The notes below the pieces were generated by a model, which saw only the letters and a list, made by a program, of their open reading frames with translations, made no database searches and was not told the origin of the DNA. A stretch of 63,545 nt of DNA, the filler included, from Reticulomyxa filosa (Eukaryota; Protista; Foraminifera), in assembly GCA_000512085.1 (NCBI GenBank). It is 18 parts of 18 records of this genome, joined end to end, with 100 filler letters (N's around TTAATTAATTAA, not from the genome) between each part and the next. Parts side by side here need not be neighbours in the genome. Positions count along the whole stretch, not along the records: positions 1 to 26,867 come from ASPP01041559.1; 17 more parts are not named here. The stretch is one strand, 5' to 3'. Position numbers and translations under genes: made by a program. This document shows positions 12,360-23,863 of this stretch, piece after piece. Position 1 is the stretch's first letter, and each line of letters begins with the position of its first letter.

Positions 12360-13183
12360 GCACTCCTCAATTGATACCACAAAAAAAGTAAAATGGCGAT
12401 ATCCACTCTACAGTTTTCACTTGTCGTGAGCCCTAGACCTGCTGAGTAAATCTGCGTATAATTTTTTTTGAAAGAGATGTGTTCTACTCAGATTGCTGTA
12501 CACAGTTGTAATTCTTTGAATTTGTCACATGACAAATTTTTTATTTTTACACAAGCAAAATGAGAGAAAAGATTTGTTGCAAATTTGTTAATGCTTATTG
12601 AAGACAATCACATGCCATTTCATTTGAACAATAATTGTTCATAAGCTCAGTGTTTAAGTTCAAGGGTAAAGGATGCTTTTTATATTACTAAAACTATGCA
12701 TTTTCAAGTCATGAACAGAATAAAAGTTTGGAGTCAACAGATAAAAACCAAAAAGAGTCAATATCTTTTTTCACGTCCTTCTGATGCCCTGCCGACTAGA
12801 TATATTTTGATGTAAGTTTTTTTACTCTTTGATATAAAGGTAATTGATTCACTTAATCACTGCTTGCGTGCTTCACTTGGAATTATATAACGATTAGTCT
12901 AATCTTTTCTAAGGATACATATTCCAATAGAAAAACAATATAAACCTTTAATTTACCCATTTAATAGTGATGCTAGTATTTTGTGAACAATCAATCCACA
13001 AATTGAAAGATTGACCATGCAAAATAATATTACTCAGTCCGAGAATGCTCTTCTTTGCTGTTTTTGTGGCACTCCATCAACATTTTTCCATAACGTGCAT
13101 TGAGCATAAAAGCAGAGGCAAGTACCCAATGATCACGATTGTCAATCTTAAAATGAAGTAGTTTTAGTTCAGCTGAGTTGTGA

Positions 13184-14338
13184 ATGTCAAAATGTTCCAA
13201 TAGAGCAAAAAAAGCCATTGAACTTGGTGCAATTGGTTATCAAATGCTTCCACATTTCAATAAAAAATTATCGATATCTATACTGAAAAAACCAAAATTA
13301 CAATGTCCTGTCTTCAGACATATGACAACAACGACCAAACATCCGCGCATCCCAATAGTCGATCTGAGCAAACCAATGAGTGAAATAAGTGCATTGGTAC
13401 ACGAAGCACTGAGTGACACAGGTTTCATGTATGTGCGCAACGCTGCTATCTCAAAGCAGCACATTGAAAGCGTGTTATCAATGTCTCGTAAATTCTTTAC
13501 GGAATGTGACAGTTCTGTGAAAAGGACAGTGGAAGACCCGATCTCGGCATTTCGAGGATATTACGTGTACAAAGGAACACAATCGAATGTGTTGCACAGC
13601 AATGATAACATCGAGTGCTTCAGCATAGGCAAAGAGTGTGCAAACCCATATTCGTTACGGAGTGAATATTTCAAGAGGAATGGGTTGCCAGAGAGTATAT
13701 GGAAGGCTGGTATTTCAAAGCCCAATCAATGGCCAAAATTACCGTCACAACAATTTACCAAGGAATTTCGTGAGACCATGCAATCGTATTACAATGCATG
13801 CGTCGATACGTCAACACAAATTTTGAGACTGATTGCATATTCTCTGGGAATGACCGGGGAGGACGTGGACTATTTTCTGCAATTTCACAACAAATGGGAT
13901 TGCAACTTGGAACCCAAGTTTTATCCCAAGTTTTCTGTCCAAAAAACAGAAGAAAAGATTCGACTGTCCGAACATCGTGACTTGACCTCCATCACTTTGC
14001 TCGTGCAAGACCAATTAAGTGGGTTACAAGTGTGGGACGACCATAGTCACGAATGGATTGACGCGCCCCTTTCTCTGTCTTCTGGAGAGGGCATTATCTT
14101 GTGTAACACTGGCGACTTTATGGCGATGTGGACTGGTGGGCTGTACAAAAGCACTTTGCATCGCGTCAAAGCCTCGCCTTTTCATTCACATCACGGCCCA
14201 ATTGAGGCACTTGATCGAATCAGTGTCGTGTTCTTTGCTTGGCCAAACCACGAGGCCGTCATTCAACCATTACAGCGTTTCACATCCACGTCTCATCCTC
14301 CGATCACTTGTGGTGATCTTATGCCTTTTGTATTTTGA
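13184..14338 (+). CDS. 2-oxoglutarate/Fe(II) dioxygenase, IPNS/flavonol-synthase-like (DIOX_N + 2OG-FeII_Oxy), intronless
   Basis: IPIVDLS...GFMYVRN N-terminal domain; PNQWP; HxD in LSEHRDLTSITLLVQD; NTGDF...W; STLHRV; RISVVFF (RxS). Start may be 13184, 13244 or 13322. Confidence 0.92.
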   Translation: MSKCSNRAKKAIELGAIGYQMLPHFNKKLSISILKKPKLQCPVFRHMTTTTKHPRIPIVDLSKPMSEISALVHEALSDTGFMYVRNAAISKQHIESVLSMSRKFFTECDSSVKRTVEDPISAFRGYYVYKGTQSNVLHSNDNIECFSIGKECANPYSLRSEYFKRNGLPESIWKAGISKPNQWPKLPSQQFTKEFRETMQSYYNACVDTSTQILRLIAYSLGMTGEDVDYFLQFHNKWDCNLEPKFYPKFSVQKTEEKIRLSEHRDLTSITLLVQDQLSGLQVWDDHSHEWIDAPLSLSSGEGIILCNTGDFMAMWTGGLYKSTLHRVKASPFHSHHGPIEALDRISVVFFAWPNHEAVIQPLQRFTSTSHPPITCGDLMPFVF

Positions 14339-15021
14339 ATACGAATAATGTGCGTTTTGAACAACTTTTAAGTGTTACAATAATTATAATGTTTCATCAG
14401 TGTTTGTATTCGCATTACTCAATTATTTACATTTTTGGAGGAAAAAAAAACAAGTCATGATGTTATCTTTTCTGTTCAAAGTTATCATCTTGTTACGAAG
14501 AGAAACAAACATTGCAATAAGCGGAAAAGCAAATTCTTTAAATTATTTTGTTCGCAAAATTCAGTTTGGTTATTCCGTCCATCAAAGTTGTTTGAGTCAA
14601 TTCATCAAATATTAGAAAATCATCCTTGAGAGCCAACAAATATAATCCTTCTTTCAATAAACCGGTGGTTAGGCCGTAACAACGTTTGGCTTTTGTCAAA
14701 CCCGCGTACTAAATATTTTTACTTTTTGCGAAGGCGTATATTAACTGGCGCACTGTATGATGCAAGCTTAATATACTAGCATGCATTAGAGCATTTTTTT
14801 ACACTCGTTTTGGTGCTGAGTCCAAATTGGCCCAGAGTCAGTGTCCAGTAAAAAAGACCAAAGAATTTCGAAAACAGCAGTGCACAACCAGACACTCATT
14901 AAAAGAGTGAGAGAGAAAGGTGCCTGCTTTTTTCCCCCGCCAATAGAAAATCATTAGAGCCCTTTATCAAATTAGGTTGCAAAATTTTGGGATTCTTGAC
15001 ACTTGCAACAACTATTGACTC

Positions 15022-18000
15022 ATGCAAACTTATGCTTTAACCAAGTCGGAGGCAGACGAAAAATACGAGCAGCTGTCACCAAACCGCGAGACAAGCGGGC
15101 AAAAATCTCGAAGAAGCTTATTATCAGACCCCTTGGAATCGAATAAACACTTTCTCTTCAATCTCTTGCAATCAGATGTAATATGAATTTATTTTTTTTT
15201 TTGTACAACAAAAAAAAAAATGATGAATATGTTGGCAATAGAGATTGGCATGGTATTATCATCAACAGCATAAAAATTGGGAGATTGTGTATTTGCTAGA
15301 AAAACTTGAGCAAAATAAGGACGTGTATATAATATTGACGTCACATAGTCAATATTTGACTGTGAAAAAAGCCGATTTGTATCGTATTCCACCAACAGAC
15401 ATGTTGACTGCTCACGAAAGCATCCAAAAATTGCTGCATGCACTACTCTTGAAATTTCAAGAAACGGCGGTACTTTTCTTGTTTTTTTTTAAAAAACAAG
15501 AACATATCGCAATTGAAATTTTATGTGACACATATATGTACCATCAAAAAAAAAAAAAAAAAAATTGAACCAAACTACAAATGAGGACAGTTGTACAAAA
15601 ATAAAGAAGTAATTTGCGAATATCAGTCGGTGTCATTCTTAGGCTATACAACTAATCATTTTGAACTATCGAAGATTGACGACTACCATATTGAAAACAA
15701 TGCTATCAATGGAGTGTGGGTAAGTCCATTGGGAGAGATCGCCGATAAAAAAACCTCGTTTAAGAAACTCGAACATCAAAAGGTTATTTATTTTACTTTA
15801 GAGATCTCATTTATATATATATTTTTTTGTCTTTGGGGGGGGGGGGGACATAATTATAGAACGTATTAGCATTCGTGTTTGACGAGCATACGGATGCCAA
15901 CTTATCATTTGATCTGCCCATTCGACGAGGTAATATGGAATTGCAAAAGCGGCAGTGGTATCGCGAATTGAATCGCTTGCAATGGGTTTGTAGATTAAGA
16001 AAAAAGTCCACAGAGAGAAAAAAAAGTATGTTATAGCAAATACATACACATGCATACATACAATAACAATTAGGAAAACCGAGCGCTGCAAGAAAAACTC
16101 AATACTCCGCAAGTTTCACAATTGGGGATAATGCTTGCACATTGTTTGTTTGTGACTGTTTGGCATTGGAAATGGACTTGGTGTATTATTTTGAGAGGGG
16201 GGGGGGAAAAAAATACAAACACTAAAATAAGAACAAAAAAAAAAAAAAAAAGAGAATGGAACTGGAAAAACTGCGAGTGAATGCATCACAAAAACCAGAT
16301 TTGGAAGAACTGATCCGACATGCAGATGCACGATTAGAAAGACAAGAAGACGAAATCAAAAGACTGAGCGAGTTAAATGAGCAGTTGTCTGAAAAAATGA
16401 AAGTATTGGAAAAAGGAATGAACGAGATAAAAGACACAAAGCAACAAGATTCAAGCAGTGACCAACGTTTGCCACCTGCCAAGGAAAATGAAAATGTCAG
16501 CAATGGTGGCGCCAGTCCCAATGCCGATGTCACACCAGAGACTGAAAATAAAAACCCCAATGTAATTATCATTAAAAATGTTATATACACATAAATAACT
16601 TTTTTATTAAACATTAATGCAAAGACTTATTTTATTTTTTTTAAAAAAAAAAAGGATCCAAGCACAGGAAGACAAAAGAAATGGCTGGCTAATTTACAAC
16701 GCAAACTGTTGCGAAGTGAAAGCGATCGTGAAATATTGGAGGACTCAATCGGACAATATGAGACAACAATTGGCGAATTGAGAATGGCCGTGTTGCATCA
16801 AGAAGACGTGATTCAGAAGTTGCGTGATCAGACAGAACAGTCTCACCAATTAATGCGAACGGCCTCGATTTCAATGGATGTATCGCAGGCAGCACAAACT
16901 CGATCGATGGTAGAAATCTCCGAATTAAGGAAAGAAATTAAAGAACTCAGACAGAAAAATGCCACGTTGGAAGAAAGAGTAGCTTACTATAAATCCAAGC
17001 CAAATGACAATGCAACAACCACGCCAGGCAATAATGACAATGGCAATGACAATGACAATGACAATGACAATGACAAAAATGTTACAACGCCGTCCGACAA
17101 AGATGCCACAACGCCGTCCGACAATTCGGCCGATAAACATATCCGCTCGATGACGCGACAGGAAATTGAAAAAGAAATTGAGCGCTATATGACTGACAAT
17201 CAAGAATTGAAACAAGAAATTGACAACTATCGCGTCGACATGGAATGGTATCGTGTCGAATTGGCAAATAACACTCAGCATTTGCTGCAAGCAGAACGCA
17301 CGTTGGATGAAAAGGATAGAGAAGTCGAAGACTTGAGAACCGTTTCTGTTCAAATCGGGGATAGCATGGCACAGATGTTGGCTATTGACGCTGAAAATGT
17401 CCAACTTAAAAAAAAAATTGAACTGTTGGAGAAAAAATTCAAGTTTTGTTTCATTAAGTCCAGTAATGGGGATTCCCTTTTTTTAAAAAAAATAAATGAA
17501 ATTCATACACACACACAATCAAAGGAATGGAGCTCAAAGCGATATCGATTCGAATAAAAATCCATTAACCAATGAAGAACTTCAAAAACTAAGAGAAAAA
17601 AACGAAGATATGCAAAAAAAGTTGGAACGACAGAGCAAAGAAATACAAACACTGGAGCAATTACAAAAAGAAAATATCAACTTAAAACAACGATTGTCTG
17701 TGTTGAATACAATTGCTGAACGAGCAGAAAATGCCATTCCTGAAGAAGATGAAATTGACAGCACACAAAGCAAGGATGCTACGAACACCTCTGGTCTTTC
17801 TCTCTTTCTGATTTTTTCCAATTCATTGGAACCTGCTTCTTTTTTACTTTTCATTTCAATAGCATAGTTCAACAAACATAACAAACATAACAAACACAAT
17901 ACAAATAATAATGACAACAATGATACGATGATAGAAAAGACCACTGGACGTGACAGTCACAAAAAAGTACGCCAATTGAGTCGACAAGACTTGGAAACCA

Positions 18001-21000
18001 ATGTCGTAGAGTTGCAAGAACAAATCGAAGCCTATGAAACCGATTTGAGTAATTTGCGAGTTGAATTAGCCGATCGCACCCAGTTATTGGAAAACGAAAC
18101 CAAAGAAAAAAATAACGAAACAGAAAAAGTGAGGACATTGTCTCTAATGGCAGACAGCACCATTGACAAGTATGCCATTGCTCAAAAAGAAACAGAGCGT
18201 CTCAAGCAACAATTGGAAACATTAAAGTTTATATTTGCTTCCTTTTTTTGTATTCGGATGGAATAATATATTACAATCTCTTTTCCTTCTTCTCCTTTTC
18301 TATATAGAAAAAATCAAGACCCAGACGTAAGCAAAATGTCCAATTTGCAATTGCAATTGGAAGAAGCAAAAACAAAGTTGCAAGATGTAATGCAAGAGCG
18401 AAATGAATTGAAAAGACGATTGGACACAATGTGGTACGAATTGAAGACATTGCAAGACTTGTATTGCTTGGATCAATTACAAAATCATCTCGATGTCGAT
18501 CCCTCTGCTGTTGCTTTTCCGACACAACAAACTATTGTTTCTGCTTATCAATCGATTATTACATCGTATCATACTACAGTTACATTCTATTTGTTAGTAT
18601 ATAAATACAAACATATATCTGTGTATAATAACAATAATAATAACAATAACAATAACAATAACAATAACAATAACAATAACAATAACAATAACAATAGCTC
18701 CATCAAAAATTTGTCGAAAAATTGGAATCAATATATCCAAGACCAGCGAATGATATCAATCACGAATTGTTTATTGATTACATGGGATACGAATTCTTCT
18801 TTCATCTGATGACACAATGCTACAAAAGAATGCGAGAGCGAAAAGACTTGTTTGTACAAGCAACTGCCGAACTTTTGCAAATGTCTCCCCAAGCCGCGGG
18901 AGTGATGATATCGGCCGCGATGCAACGATCTTGGAAGGCATATATTGGACATACGTACGATCGAAACGGTATGAGCGGACTAGACCCACTGTTGCAAGAA
19001 AAGCCAAATACAGAGTTGATTGACAGTCAATTTTCACGCACCACTATCAATGACATCATTGTAAAAATTGCCAATAGCTGCATTGCCAATTATCCCAACT
19101 GGGCATTTTTGACCAAGTTTCTCTAATCAAACAAATTGATATGCAATGGTTTTATATTTATCTGTGTTGTCTTTGTCTTTGTGAAACAGTTCCAACATTC
19201 GCAATACATTGGAGATTTTCATTGCCAAATTTTGTGAGGTCTGTTGGCTGATGATACTGATCAAACCAGGGGCTCTCATGCTCTATCCCGAAAGTCCTAA
19301 TGGAAATTCGCTCACTGAATCCATGAAAGAGCATTTGTACAAGTCTTTGGCTTTTGTCAATGGCTCGATCGAGACATCAACCCACGTTATTTATTACGCC
19401 ATTCCTGCCATCATTTTGGATGGCAGCAATGAGGTGCTCTATCCTCCCACCGTCTTCACTCACAAAGATGAGGGAGTCATTCGAGAATTTTCAAAGTTTT
19501 TGTTGAATCAACATAAAGCGTCGAATAATGACATGTCCGATCAAAAGATTGCTGAGAAATTTCATTTTGAAACTAAAAAACCCAACTCAGACAGCTCTTT
19601 AATCAACACAACGGATAGATATAGCATTCTTCAAAATGAAAACGAGCGTCTTAAACAACAAATCAATATTTTCAAGTTTCGACTGTGTAATACGTCAAAC
19701 TGATTATTAATTCATATTGTATATATACATACGCCACATCTTTCGCTTTATAATATCATTCCAAAAACATAAACCTACAGGGGTGACCAAACTGCAGATG
19801 CAAATAAAATACTCCGATTGGAATCGGAATTGAAAGACGTACAACGAGAAAGAGATGCTTTGACAAGACGTGTGGATGCATTGTTATACGAACTAAAAAC
19901 GGTACAAGACTTGTATTGCCTGGATCAATTGCAAAGTAACTCCGATACAAGTCCGCAATACACGTTTCCCACGCAAGGAACAATCGTGTCCACTTATGAG
20001 GCGTTTATCAATTCTTATCATACAAAAGCTTTGTTTTTCATATTTTCATACTGTTTTTGGAGCAATATCCAAATCCATCACAAATATGTTTTTTTAAAAA
20101 AATGGGTATGACAGTTGCATCAACAGTTTGGTGAAAAACTTGAATTGAAATATCCAAAGACAGACAATGAAATGAATCATCAGCTGTTTATTGACTACAT
20201 TGGCTACGAATTTTTATACCATGTAATGATTGGATGTTATAAAAAAATGAAAGAAAGAAAAGAGTTATTCATCAAAGCTACCTCAGAACTTTTACAAGTT
20301 GCGATTTAGGTTTTGTTTTATTTTTTTATCAATGCTTCAAGATTGTCTGTTTAATTTTTGTTGGAAAAGATGCCTCTGGAAGCTGCAGGCGCAATGATAT
20401 CGGCAGGAATGCAAAAATCATGGAAAGCTTACATTGGACACACCTATGAAAAAAGTGGTATGGGCAGAAGAAGTGTGTATCAAGACAAAGATGAAGTCTC
20501 GTTAATTGAGAGTCAATTTTCAAGAACCACCATCGATGATACTATCGTAAAAATGGCCGATATTGCCATTGCTAATTATGGCGATTGGACATTTTTGACT
20601 GAGTTCAGCTTTACAAATTTCACATACAAACAAACCAAAAGTAAAATAAGCGCTCTTGTGTTATTACATCCTCTTGTTTCAGACCGTTTATTCGCAATGG
20701 CCTAGAACTTTTCATTGCGAAATGCTGCGAAGTTTGTTGGCTCATGGTTTTGTTGAGGCCATCATCGCTGATATTATATCCACCTAATCCAGATGTAAAA
20801 ACTGTTAATGAGTCCACCTCAATTGAAAAAGGGCATCTCAATAAAACATTGTCATTTGTTTATGGGTCAATTGATACATGTGATAACGTTTTGTATTATG
20901 CCATTCCCGCTATTGTTGTTGATGGCAGCAACGATGTTTTGTATCCTGCCACTGCTTTTACGCACAAAGACGAAGAAGTTTTCAATGCTGTTTCTAGCTA

Positions 21001-21181
21001 TATGAAGAACGAGCACAAAACCGGACAAAAAGATTTTGAAGATGTCACAACAGACGCCTTGGAACCTGTCCATGAGAATCATGAAAATGACAACGATGAT
21101 TGGACCAAAGTTGATGAAAGTAAGGAAAAAGAGGACGAATCGGAGTCAGAGAAATATGATGACATTGCAAGTGGTCCATAA
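15022..21181 (+). CDS. Large (about 16-exon) coiled-coil protein ending in two tandem Mieap/SPATA18-C-terminal-like domains
   Basis: In-phase spliced exons run from MQTYALTK (15022) through long heptad coiled coils. Two paralogous modules (about 18308-19500 and about 19781-21010) each contain QDLYCLDQLQ, FPTQ, LFIDY.GYEF, FIAK.CEVCWLM.L..P, YYAIPAI..DGSN.VLYP. TAA stop at 21179-21181. Confidence 0.8.
17031..17076 (+). repeat. Coding (GACAAT)n microsatellite (Asp-Asn repeat)
   Basis: Tandem GACAAT units; a similar Asp/Asn tract lies at about 5581-5640 in the kinase. Confidence 0.85.
18626..18696 (+). repeat. Intronic (AATAAC)n microsatellite abutting the 3' splice site
   Basis: Tandem AATAAC units run up to the acceptor AG at 18696-18697. 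Confidence 0.9.
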
Positions 21182-21621
21182 GCTGATTGTATGCTAAGAA
21201 GGGAGTCGCATACATTTGTTAATTTTTGTATTGTTTTCGGAGCTTCCAATGGTTGCTTTACGCTCCATTGGTTTGTTGTTAACATTGCACCTTTTTTTTC
21301 TTTTGCCCATTTCAATGCATAATTTGAAGATTGCTGTGCACAATAGAAAAGTAACAATAACAATCTTTCTTTTTAAATATTAGGATAGGAGAAAAGCTGT
21401 TATGTTTAAATGAACTAATTCACTTGCTTGACTTGAAACAGGCATTCCATTGCAGCTTTTATCTCATTTTTGTACACAGACGGTTAAAAAAAAAATCAAA
21501 AAAATAATAACCTAAAAAAAGTTAAAAAAATGAAAGAAAAAATAAAAGAACCTTTCAGTGACTTTATTCTAAAAACAAGAATGATTGAAAGAACGTTAAT
21601 GTGAACCTACACTTGTAATGA

Positions 21622-23522
21622 TCACGGAGATAGTGAGTCTTTGTTAGTTTTTTTGACGATAACCCTAGCCTTGGTGACTTTGGCTATGGCGTTTACCCAG
21701 GAGTTCCTTTGTTTAGCGTCACCGCACTCAAAATACCAAATTCTTTTTGGGGTAATAATTTCGATTTTGAGAGAATCAACCATAACTATGGACTGCGTCA
21801 TGCTGAGGTCAGCCACACCTCGAGCATTTTGTGGTTTGGCGTCGACGTAATAGTATAATTTTTGATCTTCGTACAAAACGCACCACCGATTTTTCCAAGA
21901 CTTAATAAACTTTTCCCCTTGTTTTTTCATCCATCCTTCAATCACAGGTGCTCGATTTTTTGTTTCTTCCTTTGTGACATCATTTCCTAATTGAGATTCA
22001 TTCGCCGATATTGGGGCAATGGACATAAACTATTTACATAGAATGCAGTCAACGAGACTTTTTTTTTGGAAGAAATTAATTTTGTCGCAGAAGTACACAT
22101 ACAAAGATAAAAAATGTTTATAGCGCATAATACATAAACAAGCAAACTCGTTGATTTTCTCTTGGATGAGTGAGAACACACTCTATACATAATCGATAGT
22201 CATCTCCGAACTGTAACGATTTGAAGTACTTTGATTTTTTTTTATTTTTCCTTTTTCTTTTCCCTTGCAAAATTTGTATTCGCAATAGGGCTCAGCACTT
22301 GAAGGCCATGAATGTGGCCCAATCATCGGATAAGGATGTAAGCTCGTCAAATACTCCAAATTGTCATCTTCATCGTCTTGTTGTTCATGTTCATTTTCAG
22401 ATTCGCGATTCCGATTCCCCTCTTCATCACTCGTCTTATTCTCGTTGTCATCATTGGCGCTATCATCATTGGTGCTGTGTGTCGTACCCATTGGTGTCTT
22501 GAGAGTCTTGTTGTCCTCCACTTTTGTCAGCATACTTTTGCTGGAGGGGCGTTCTGTCTGTGCCGAACGAGGCTTTGAGTTGGCCATGTCTTGATACGAA
22601 GAAGATGAGAAACTTCGAGGTACTGCGGCTTTGTCGCCGTTATCGGTCATCACCGACAAGCGAATTTCTATGGTTTTGGCTTTTGTGACGCCGGGGACAC
22701 TAAGTTGACTTTGTGAAAGCGGCTTGGAAAACACAGGGGGCGAAACGCGAGGAACGTAATCATCATCTCCCTGTGGGGTGGACGTAGTTTTGTCGCGAGG
22801 GTCGTACAAAAGTTCAGAAGAAGAGCTTTCTTCCTCGTCTTCGACGTCCTCTTGTTCTTCTCGTCGTCTCTCAATTGCTCTGATATTGTCATCTTGTTCT
22901 GGACCTCCTGCGGTCGCATACTCGTTCATCACAATGTGTATTATGTCATCTGTCTCTTCTTCTACCTCCTCATTGTCGCTATTCCCCTTTTCCTTGTTTT
23001 TCATACTCGCACTCTCGTTACATACAACTTGTCTTTCGTCACACAGCTCGCTCATGCTCTGTGGTATTGTCTACACGTACAACACATACATCCCATATAC
23101 ATATACTTAATACACACGTACATTGGGTAGTTTTTTATTCATGTCCAACGAACATACTCTTGTGAACCGACTTTTCGATTGTCCGTTGTTTTTCGATTGT
23201 ATTTTTTTTATGTTTGTTTGTGCAAATTATTAATTTCAACTGGAATGTTGGGTGGAAGAGCGCTCTGTTCCAAAACTTTTGAAGCCGGAACGCTGTTGCC
23301 GGGTACTGCTTCTGGGCTTCTTGGTTCTCTGCTTGGGTCGCTAATCGCGTCTGGGGTTATGCTTATTTCTAGCCCTTGTGTGGTTGCAGCTGATACTGAC
23401 AATATGTCCACCACTGCATTCGCAACAGACAACATGTTGCTGTCTTGTGCTTCAAGGTCAATATTATCATTTACCACTTCTACTGGTAAAGAAACCAGTT
23501 CCGGAGGCAAAAGAGGATCCAT
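21622..23522 (-). CDS. Multi-exon protein with acidic disordered N-terminus and C-terminal PH domain
   Basis: IEGWMKKQGEKFIKSWKNRWCVL...LYYY...ARGVADL...IITPKRIWYFEC...QRNSWVNAI is a canonical PH domain. Upstream ORFs are 22183..23055 and 23208..23561; exon junctions are approximate. Confidence 0.85.
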
Positions 23523-23863
23523 TTCTCTCGCCTTAGGTTTTTTTTGTTGTTTTTTTTCCAATAGACACTCTACTTTATTATGGTTAATATTCTACTAAAG
23601 ACAGGTCCTATATTCGATTGAGCAATAGACACCAAAACGAACTAAAAAATTGATATTTCTATAGTGATTATTTCAATCACATGAGCTAGAATATGATTAC
23701 AACCTCATCTAAGCAAAAAAAAAGAAAGCTGCACACAGCTTGATTTACTTTTTAAAGTAAAAAAAAGAAGTAATTCAAAAAGAACAAATTTAAGCTTAAT
23801 AAAACGTGACACCAAGTCTAGCTACGCTTTTGTTCCCCTTTTAAAAAACGTAAAGCGTTTGTA

